Made by a program: the position numbers and the translations under genes. From a virus, in IMG/VR virus record IMGVR_UViG_3300042922_000265, positions 32,001-96,000 of that record: a stretch of DNA of 64,000 nucleotides. One strand, given 5' to 3'. Position 1 is the stretch's first letter. Each line of letters opens with the position of its first letter. Positions 53,884-61,704 of the stretch are shown piece after piece. The notes beneath the pieces were generated by a model, which was not told the DNA's origin, made no database searches, and worked only from the letters and a program-made list of their open reading frames with translations.

Positions 53884-55133
53884 CGCTGCCCCCTTGCACG
53901 AGGCAGGTCAACATTGATGGCGGCCAGAAGGTTGGCGATCTTGGCAGCCAAGTAGGCGAACCCCTGATCGTTGGGCGTCGCACCATCCGCGCCAATGAGG
54001 CCCGCCTGCTGGCTGGTGGTAGGTGAACCGTTGGAACCCGCGCCCGTCCACCACGGCGCAGTGGGACCAAAGGCGTTGATGTAGACGGCCTTGGGGGTCT
54101 TGGCCACAGCCGCCGCCTGTTCGATCCGGTTGTAATCGTGACCAGAGGACGGTGACGGCGGTCCGGTCAGTGTTCCGGCCACGCCTGCGCCCGCGAAAGG
54201 CATGGGAGATACGTGCACAATCGTCACGTGACGATCGAGCCCCCTGATCCACTGAAGGCAGTCCAACGCGCGGGTGGCCATCGGTCCGGTCGGAGACCCC
54301 GTAGCACTGCCCCTGCCACCGTCCTCCAACGTGCCCACCAGGAGGAAGAACAGCGGCTTGGCGGCCAGGTCGTCGCCCAGCAGCACCTTGCGCGCGGCGG
54401 AGAACCACCGGGTAGCCCCACTGGGTCCTGTCGTGTCAGCGGTGACCGTCCCCGAGCCGTTGTAGAAGAACCCGGACTGGTAGCCACGACGCGCCCAGAC
54501 GATTCCGGTGCGCTCGAACAGATAGTCGCAGAGCCCGCCAGTCAGAAACGAGGTGCCCGACGCCTGCTTGATACCTGCGCCGTCCACCCACTTGTCACCG
54601 TCGCAGACGCCGAACGCGCGATCGGGAGAGGGCTTGATGATGGCGGACTGCTCGCAGCCGACGCCGACGAAAGCACCGCCGCCCAAGACGAAGCGGATGC
54701 GGCCATGGAAGGGCGCGGCGAAGACGATGCGCCGGTACATCAGGCCGGTGGTGGTCCCCGTCAGCGGTGCGGCCTTGGCCTTGTACATCTGGCCGCCGAC
54801 CTCGATGTAGACCTGGCTGTCGTAATAGTCCGACCCGACGAAAGCAATGTCCAGGATGGTTCCGGTGAACTCGAACTCGGTCTCGATGATGTGGGTGACC
54901 CCGGTACGGTCACTGGCCGCATTGGCGACACCATCAGCGTCACCGGCTCCCGCGTCCTGCCAGCGCTGGCCCTGGGTATTGAAGCTGGCCGCGCTCGACC
55001 GCGCGTAGATCGTGGCGGGATTGACGAAAGTCTGAGCCGTGGCATTGTATTCATCGGTGGTGAGGATGCCAGCGGGGATCAACCCGCCGATGGGCTTGAA
55101 GTACTGGCTGGCCCTGCCGGTGTTGGTGATCAT
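53880..55133 (-). CDS. SGNH-fold paralogue, catalytic residues lost
   Basis: colinear with 52423 gene but DGDKW and DGATP. Confidence 0.7.
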   Translation of the reverse strand: MITNTGRASQYFKPIGGLIPAGILTTDEYNATAQTFVNPATIYARSSAASFNTQGQRWQDAGAGDADGVANAASDRTGVTHIIETEFEFTGTILDIAFVGSDYYDSQVYIEVGGQMYKAKAAPLTGTTTGLMYRRIVFAAPFHGRIRFVLGGGAFVGVGCEQSAIIKPSPDRAFGVCDGDKWVDGAGIKQASGTSFLTGGLCDYLFERTGIVWARRGYQSGFFYNGSGTVTADTTGPSGATRWFSAARKVLLGDDLAAKPLFFLLVGTLEDGGRGSATGSPTGPMATRALDCLQWIRGLDRHVTIVHVSPMPFAGAGVAGTLTGPPSPSSGHDYNRIEQAAAVAKTPKAVYINAFGPTAPWWTGAGSNGSPTTSQQAGLIGADGATPNDQGFAYLAAKIANLLAAINVDLPRARGQR

Positions 55134-56473
55134 CAGACACCCACCATCAGCAGGTCGTAGACGTAGACCTGTCCCGGTTCCAACTCGCCCGCCACCTTGA
55201 GCACCGCATTCGTGGTACTCGTGGTCTCGACATAGGGGAACGTGGCCGCAGTCAGTGCGCCTTGAGGGCTCACCGCGACGTATGGACGCACCGTGAAGCC
55301 GTCCAGAACCAGGGTGGCCAGGGTGCCAAACGACACCGGCCCGGTGCCAGTGGTGATAGAGATGCGGTAGGCCAAGCGAATGCCCTCGGCCTCGTAGGTG
55401 GCACCGACGCCCGCATTGGCATGCAAGGTGATCGTCGGCAGGTCACCTTCGGCGCTGAGAACCTCGTAGACCTGGGCCAATGTGACGTCCGCGCCGTCGG
55501 CTCCAGCAGCTCCAGTGGCACCCGTGTTTCCAGTGTCACCCTTGGGTCCCTGGATACCCTGAGGCCCCTGGGCTCCAGCGGCACCGGTATCGCCGGTATC
55601 ACCCTTATCGCCCTTGGGGCCTGTCGCGCCAGTCGCTCCGACCTGGCCCTGAGGTCCTTGAGCGCCCTGCAGACCGTCAGGCCCGATGGGTCCCTGGGGT
55701 CCCTGGCTGCCGGTAGGTCCGGTGGGGCCGACGTCCCCGGTGTCACCCTTGGCACCGGTCGCCCCGGTGGGTCCGGTAGGCCCGGTCTGGCCTACGGGAC
55801 CTTGTGCTCCGGTAGGTCCTGCTGCCCCGGTGTTGCCGGTGGGACCCTGAGGTCCCTGGTTGCCCGTGTCGCCCTTTGGTCCCGTGGCTCCGGTAGGTCC
55901 TGCCGGTCCGGTCAGTCCTCGCTCACCACGCAGGCCGGTGCTGCCTGTGGCTCCCGCTGGTCCGGTGGCTCCGGTGCTGCCTGCTGCCCCCTGGTCGCCC
56001 TTGAGACCGCGTTCTCCCCGGTCTCCCGTGGCACCCTTGGGTCCAGTAGCTCCGGTAGCTCCAGCTGGCCCTGTGAGGCCCCTCTCACCGCGATCACCCT
56101 TGTCACCCTTGGGTCCACGCGCACCAGTCGCGCCGGTATCGCCCTTGATGCCCTGAAGGCCACGCTCACCGCGTGCGCCGGTCTCACCGGGTAGTCCTCG
56201 CGGCCCAGTCGGTCCTGGAGGCCCCTGGGGGCCGGTATCACCCTTCGGTCCGCCTGGTGTGCCGGGTGGCCCCGGTGGGCCAGCAGGACCTTGCGGTCCC
56301 ATGGTCTCCACTCGGACGACGGTGGGACTGGCCGGGACGCTGTCGACCTGCTTGAGGCCCTCCGCCGGGGGATTCCTGATAACCCAGCCGCCGTTGGAGA
56401 GCTTCACGCTCCACAATCTGGTCAGCTTGGAGTAGCTCCACTCCCGACCCTGTTCGTCAACCCACTTGGCCAC
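55133..56473 (-). CDS. collagen-like (Gly-X-Y) fibre protein
   Basis: long near-continuous G-X-Y run; GTG start 56473 after GGAGGAGG. Confidence 0.9.
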   Translation of the reverse strand: MAKWVDEQGREWSYSKLTRLWSVKLSNGGWVIRNPPAEGLKQVDSVPASPTVVRVETMGPQGPAGPPGPPGTPGGPKGDTGPQGPPGPTGPRGLPGETGARGERGLQGIKGDTGATGARGPKGDKGDRGERGLTGPAGATGATGPKGATGDRGERGLKGDQGAAGSTGATGPAGATGSTGLRGERGLTGPAGPTGATGPKGDTGNQGPQGPTGNTGAAGPTGAQGPVGQTGPTGPTGATGAKGDTGDVGPTGPTGSQGPQGPIGPDGLQGAQGPQGQVGATGATGPKGDKGDTGDTGAAGAQGPQGIQGPKGDTGNTGATGAAGADGADVTLAQVYEVLSAEGDLPTITLHANAGVGATYEAEGIRLAYRISITTGTGPVSFGTLATLVLDGFTVRPYVAVSPQGALTAATFPYVETTSTTNAVLKVAGELEPGQVYVYDLLMVGV

Positions 56474-56520
56474 AGTGACCTCCTCCACCTATTACGGGTG
56501 GAGGAGGGTGTGCTGGCAGG

Positions 56521-56880
56521 TCAAGCCTTTCGTGTCGAGATGACCAGCAGGTCCCGGATGAACCGGACCAGCATGCACAGTCCCAGAGACCCGGACAAGA
56601 CGACCTCCAGAACGTAGCCCCGCTCCTGGAAGAGCAACACGGAAAATCGACTCACCGTGTAGGCCATGGCCAGGTCACCAGCGGCGCACAGCAGCGCAGA
56701 CTTGCGGGTGTCGATGACGTATCCCACCAGGACGATCAACGGCGCAGCGACATAGACGATGGCTCGTTGCTGAAAGCCCTCGGTGATGACGGTGTGCACG
56801 CCCCAGAACCAGATCAGCAGGTACACCACGAACTGGTACAAGAAGATCTGCTCAATGGTGATGTGCAGTCGCTTCAGCAT
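56521..56880 (-). CDS. multi-pass membrane protein
   Basis: 3-4 hydrophobic segments, AGGAGG RBS. Confidence 0.7.
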   Translation of the reverse strand: MLKRLHITIEQIFLYQFVVYLLIWFWGVHTVITEGFQQRAIVYVAAPLIVLVGYVIDTRKSALLCAAGDLAMAYTVSRFSVLLFQERGYVLEVVLSGSLGLCMLVRFIRDLLVISTRKA

Positions 56881-56916
56881 AAGGGTTTCTCCTCCTACCT
56901 ATTCCAGGACGAGGAA

Positions 56917-56952
56917 CAAGAAAACCCCCCACGCCGTAGCGCGAGGGGTTCT
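56917..56952 (-). terminator. intrinsic terminator after major capsid gene
   Basis: AGAACCCCTCGCG-CTACGG-CGTGGGGGGTTTT-CTT. Confidence 0.75.
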
Positions 56953-56962
56953 CCTGAGGTGC

Positions 56963-57970
56963 TTACGCCTTGCGGAGGATGACGATACCGCGAGGGTTGA
57001 GGATGGCCATACCGACCAGCTCGTCCATGACCCAGCCCTTGTGGAACTGCTCGACCATGTTGTTCTCCTCGACGTCCAAGGAGTACATGACCGGGAACAC
57101 GCCGAGGAACTGCGGCTCCGGGGTCAGGTAGACAGTGCCACGCGGGATGATGATCGACTTGCCGATCTGGAACTCGCCGAACTGCACGATGCGCTCACCG
57201 GCCACCACGGAGTCCTTGAAGGCCCAACCGGTGGTGTTGATGTCCCACCGGTACAGGTCGCGGTATTCCTGGGGGTTGGCCAGGAGGCGCGAGCTGTCCA
57301 GCTGACGCTGGTCGGTGTAGGTGACTGCGGTGTAGAGATCGTCGGGCATGAGGTGCGTGCCTGCGATGGTGATCTCGTTCGGCAGTGCGCCGCCGCCGGG
57401 GCCGGGGACAGCCGAGGCGTCCACGACACGGTAGCTGACGGCTGCAGCCTCCAGCAGCGTCACGAGGCGCGAGTCCTCCTGGCGCATGATGGCCTGCTTG
57501 GTCATGTCCTGCGTGTACTCCACGATGTTGCTGCGGAGGTAGTACAGGTCTTCCTTCTTGATCTGCGGGAAGGACGCGATGCGGAACAGCTGGACCTCGA
57601 CACGCTTGCCCTCGAACGGCGTGATCTTGATCTCGCCCTCGTTGCCGTGCAGCATGTAAGCCTGGCCGAGGTCGTCCAGCACGTCGTACTGGATCGGGAT
57701 ACCCGGCGTCAGGGTGTCCTCCAGCAGCACGTTACGCAGGATGCCCTGGTAGCGGAGCTGCAGCTGGATTGGGCCGATCATCGACTGACCGAGGCGCTGG
57801 ATGCCGCCGACCTTGTCGCTCAGGATGTGAGCGAGCTTGGTCTGCTTCTCCTGCGTGGAGAGCTTGCGCCCTGCCATGCGGCGCTTGGCCTGCACGATGT
57901 CAGCGACGTAGTCGTCACTGCTCTTGGCGAAACGGCCCAGGCCGCTGCCAACTGCGGTTGGGAGACTCAT
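56963..57970 (-). CDS. major capsid protein
   Basis: 335 aa HK97-like, recognised as cluster C-type capsid; C-terminal ELVGMAILNPRGI; followed by terminator. Confidence 0.9.
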   Translation of the reverse strand: MSLPTAVGSGLGRFAKSSDDYVADIVQAKRRMAGRKLSTQEKQTKLAHILSDKVGGIQRLGQSMIGPIQLQLRYQGILRNVLLEDTLTPGIPIQYDVLDDLGQAYMLHGNEGEIKITPFEGKRVEVQLFRIASFPQIKKEDLYYLRSNIVEYTQDMTKQAIMRQEDSRLVTLLEAAAVSYRVVDASAVPGPGGGALPNEITIAGTHLMPDDLYTAVTYTDQRQLDSSRLLANPQEYRDLYRWDINTTGWAFKDSVVAGERIVQFGEFQIGKSIIIPRGTVYLTPEPQFLGVFPVMYSLDVEENNMVEQFHKGWVMDELVGMAILNPRGIVILRKA

Positions 57971-58512
57971 TAGCTGCCACCTCCCAGGTTGCCGCCGGTA
58001 CCCAGGTCGTACTGGTTGAGGCGGACCACGATCTTGTCGGTCGACGGGATGTCGATCAGCTCGGCGATGACGTTCGCGCTGGTGACACCCGCCGGGGTCA
58101 GCTGACCCTGAGCGTTGGCGGTCAGCATGAAGCGTCCCGGACCGGTGGCCTCAGGCCAGTCGGCTTCGGTGTCGAAGGCCGGTGCGAGGATCTCGAACAC
58201 GGCCTGGTTGCCGCCCACCCATACGGTGAACAGTCCGGTGCCGCTACCGGTGACCTCGTTGACCTCGTGACCGTTGTATCCGCCGGTGTTGACGAACAGG
58301 GCCGAGAGGCCGAATGGGGTAGTGCCTGCCTCACCCGTGTACGGGGCGAAGACCTCTCCGTACACGCGCTGCATCACGGTGCCGGGGTAGATGTCGAAGT
58401 CGACATCCAGGTCGGGGTCAAGGAACCCGCCCCAGGGCGTTGCCTGGTGGTTGGCGTACAGCGGACGAAGGGTCCGCTTCTGCGCCGGGTTACTCAGTGG
58501 TGGCCTGAACAC
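57970..58512 (-). CDS. capsid decoration protein
   Basis: immediately upstream of capsid, AAAGGAG RBS. Confidence 0.7.
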   Translation of the reverse strand: MFRPPLSNPAQKRTLRPLYANHQATPWGGFLDPDLDVDFDIYPGTVMQRVYGEVFAPYTGEAGTTPFGLSALFVNTGGYNGHEVNEVTGSGTGLFTVWVGGNQAVFEILAPAFDTEADWPEATGPGRFMLTANAQGQLTPAGVTSANVIAELIDIPSTDKIVVRLNQYDLGTGGNLGGGS

Positions 58513-58552
58513 GATTCAACTCCTTTCATGACTCGTTGAAGCCTGCGGCTGA

Positions 58553-61500
58553 TTAGCCGAACATCAGGCTGTCGTTGCTGGGATCGTTTGCCGCGACCAC
58601 TCGGCCTGCAGTCCGAGGCGAGGTGGTTCCGCCCTGGCTGATTCCTGGTGGTACTGGCGATGCGGTCCCGCGAGTCCTTCCGCTGGCGACCTTCTGTGCA
58701 ACCCGCTCGTGATCCGCCTGGCGAACCATGGCGAAACGCTCGGCGAGCGCGGTGCGGTCCATGATCAGACCGCGTGACATCTTCTCGAACTGCGCGGCGA
58801 GCTGGTACTTCCGCTCGCGCGTGTTCTGCTCCAGACCGGCAGCGATCATGGCTTCCGCGCAGCGGATTGCCAGGATGCCGTCGGCCTTGGCGGCGCTCTT
58901 GTTCGGGGCCTGCCCCGGAGCAAAGTTCTGACCGGTGCTCAGGTCCGGGTCGGCGAGATCGTCGCCCGCGTTGTTCGCGTAGCCCTTCTCGTCGAACTGG
59001 CTGTCCTGAGACTCTTCCGGGTTGGTGTTGCTGACCGGAGCCGGGACGCTGATGCGATCATCCGGCGCGGCGGTCTCAAGATCCACTGCCTTCTTGCGCA
59101 CGGGCTGTCCCTTCTTCTCGGCCTCAACCTTTCGGGCCTGTCGCAGTGCCAAACCCAGTGCCGGGTACATCGACTCGACCTTGATCTTGTTGTAGGCCGC
59201 GAACTGGCGAGCCGCCCGGTCGATGTTCTTCGGGCTGTGCTGGCGGGCCGACTTGCCGGTGCTGGCGGTCAGCCAGCGATCGAAGACCTGGAAGGTGCGC
59301 AGGCTCGACTCCTTGGCACCAGGGTCGGTGCGCTGGGCGTCAGCGTTCGGGTCGGCGCTCTCAAAGTGATCGCCGGTCAGCTCTTCGCTGGCCGAGTCCT
59401 GAACGGTCGGGTTGACCTCGGTGGCCACCGGGCCTCCGGCATCGCTGCCGTCTGCCTTGAAGGTACGACCGGCGATGCGGGCGTACTCGCGTGCGGTGGC
59501 CTCCAGCTCACGCTTCTGCTGGGCCAGCTTGGCGGTCAGGCTCTTGGCGTACGCCTCGTCGGCCACCAGGTTGTCCTCGGTATTCGAGATCTCCTGGCCG
59601 TCCTTGGGGGTGCTGGCCTCTTCCTCTGCAGGGGTCTCCGTAATGAAGATCTCTTCCTGCTCGCCCTGATCGTTGCGACCGAACGGTCCACCGTCAGTGT
59701 GTGGTCCCTCCGCGAAGTGCGAAGTGCCCGCCGTCTTCCGGCGCGTTGCCAAGGTGCTGCGCTGTGCCATGTTGGCGGTTCCTTTCACGGTGTTCCTACT
59801 GCTTCCAGATTCTGCGGACATTTTTTCCAGGGTCCACAGGGCTGCCTCCCGGTTGAAGTCAGCCTTCTCTTCCGGCGTCAGGTCGCGACCTGCGGTGATG
59901 GCGTCCCACCAATTCGCAACCCTGTGGCCGTAGTAACGCTCCATCCAAGCCAGCTCGTGGCCTGACATCGCGCCGCGCAGCGCGAAGGTCTGCATCGGCA
60001 CCTGCGGCGGCGGTGCGCCCGCTGCCCCTCCGGTGCCGGGGATCGGGATCTTGAGCGTCATGTACTCGGTGGTGTCGACCGGTCCTGCCGGTGGCACCGG
60101 GCCGCCACCCTCGGCGGGTCCAGGGACGCCGCCGCCGTTCGGGTTGCCCATGGCCTCCGGGTTGGGACCCATACCCTGCTGCTCGTCCTCGGCCTGCTCG
60201 CGGTCCAGCTGGTTGGCTTGGGACAGATCAGGCATCGACAGCTCGTCAGGGCTCTCGACGTAGTGGTGGAAGTCGTCGTTGTCGTCCTCGGGGGCCGAGC
60301 CCTCCTCGCGGAGAGTGTCGACCGCCTGCGGGGCCTCGATCTCGCCCCATGCACGCTTCATGATCATGTCGCGCACCTCCTTCTTGAATGAGGCCGTGAT
60401 GACGCCGGTGTGCGACACATAATCGGCTTTGCGGAAGTCATGCAGGCCAGCGGTGCGCAGTGCGCGGACCAGCCGACCTGCAGCGCGATCTTGTAGCGGA
60501 CCGGTGTGCACGTGGTCCATATGGTTCTGGGTCGGGTCGCCCCGATCCTCCATTGGCTCGGTACGACCGTCTGGGTAGTGCATCTGCTGCTGCCAGATGA
60601 CGTACGGTGCGCCGTTCTCGAACGCGGTGGACTTGACCTGCTCGGCCACCGCCGGGTCGGTGGTCATGTAGTCCAAAGCGCCGTTGTTGTGCTCGTCGAA
60701 CCCGTCGCCGCCGGGGCGGTATCCACCGATCTCGTTGTCAGCGGGGTCCAGGCCCTCCAGGGCGTCGTGCAGGCCGCGCGAGATGTCCATGATGCCGTCG
60801 TCACCGACGCCACCGCTGGAGGAAGCTGCCGCTGCGGGATCACCCAGTTCGCCACCGCCGATCGCGTTGCCGACACCAGCTCCGCCACCGCTGGTGGTGC
60901 CACCACCCGAGCTGCCACCCGAGCCGTCATAGATCGGGCTGTCGCCACGCGCCTTGGACATCTGCTCGGTCTCGCAGGTCTGTCCTGGTGGGCATTCTGC
61001 ACCATGGATGTGCTTGCGCTTACCCACGATGACCTTGGAGGCCACAGCAGTCTCGTCTGCGGGGTCGAAGACGTAGCTCAGCTCAAAGAAGCTGAGCTTG
61101 TGGCAGGACTCGTAGACCAGCTTCTGCTCCATCTTGCCGGTCTTCTTGTTGCGGATGTTGATCCGCTCGCCCTTCTGCGCGAGGACGTGGTAGCACATGT
61201 CCTCCATATCCTGGGCCTTGTTGCCGCAGGCTGAGCAGATAGTAAACCCGGCCTCTGCTCCCATGGAGACGGAATCGAGTCCACCGGTCTTGATCTCGTT
61301 GGCCAGCAGAGGGAACCGCTGGGCGTCGATCTCCTGGACAACCTCAATGTACTTGTCTCGACCGTTCTCGATGTAGCGGGATGCTACAACGACACCGCGC
61401 GCCTCGTTGGGATCGTAATTTTCGTGGTTGACGAAGACGGGCTTACCCACGAAGGTGTGCGCGGCCTCTCGCAGCTCGTTGCTGGGCCAGCCGTCAAAGT

Positions 61501-61669
61501 TCTGGTTGACCCGTGCACTGATCGCCCGGACCACCGTGTACAGATAGCCGGGCTTGATCTCAAAGCCGGGGAGAGAATAGCTCTTGAGAATCCGCTTGCG
61601 GATGGCCTGCTTGGACGGCGTGCGGATGACGTACTTCTGGTCAACCACCAACTCGCGCGTGGTGCTCAC
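58553..61669 (-). CDS. prohead protease/scaffold polyprotein with inserted Zn-peptidase-like domain
   Basis: NQNFDGW, TFVGKPVFVNH, SVSMG...CSAC...CYH, FFELSYVFDPADETA; internal EHNNGALD...NHMDHVH. Confidence 0.8.
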   Translation of the reverse strand: MSTTRELVVDQKYVIRTPSKQAIRKRILKSYSLPGFEIKPGYLYTVVRAISARVNQNFDGWPSNELREAAHTFVGKPVFVNHENYDPNEARGVVVASRYIENGRDKYIEVVQEIDAQRFPLLANEIKTGGLDSVSMGAEAGFTICSACGNKAQDMEDMCYHVLAQKGERINIRNKKTGKMEQKLVYESCHKLSFFELSYVFDPADETAVASKVIVGKRKHIHGAECPPGQTCETEQMSKARGDSPIYDGSGGSSGGGTTSGGGAGVGNAIGGGELGDPAAAASSSGGVGDDGIMDISRGLHDALEGLDPADNEIGGYRPGGDGFDEHNNGALDYMTTDPAVAEQVKSTAFENGAPYVIWQQQMHYPDGRTEPMEDRGDPTQNHMDHVHTGPLQDRAAGRLVRALRTAGLHDFRKADYVSHTGVITASFKKEVRDMIMKRAWGEIEAPQAVDTLREEGSAPEDDNDDFHHYVESPDELSMPDLSQANQLDREQAEDEQQGMGPNPEAMGNPNGGGVPGPAEGGGPVPPAGPVDTTEYMTLKIPIPGTGGAAGAPPPQVPMQTFALRGAMSGHELAWMERYYGHRVANWWDAITAGRDLTPEEKADFNREAALWTLEKMSAESGSSRNTVKGTANMAQRSTLATRRKTAGTSHFAEGPHTDGGPFGRNDQGEQEEIFITETPAEEEASTPKDGQEISNTEDNLVADEAYAKSLTAKLAQQKRELEATAREYARIAGRTFKADGSDAGGPVATEVNPTVQDSASEELTGDHFESADPNADAQRTDPGAKESSLRTFQVFDRWLTASTGKSARQHSPKNIDRAARQFAAYNKIKVESMYPALGLALRQARKVEAEKKGQPVRKKAVDLETAAPDDRISVPAPVSNTNPEESQDSQFDEKGYANNAGDDLADPDLSTGQNFAPGQAPNKSAAKADGILAIRCAEAMIAAGLEQNTRERKYQLAAQFEKMSRGLIMDRTALAERFAMVRQADHERVAQKVASGRTRGTASPVPPGISQGGTTSPRTAGRVVAANDPSNDSLMFG

Positions 61670-61704
61670 GACACCTCCTCTCTGCTTCTAGGCGGTCGTC
61701 GCGA

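Noticed and set aside
55500-56300. Repetitive DNA as CRISPR or tandem repeat array
   Set aside because: Explained by collagen Gly-X-Y codons; no identical repeats with spacers
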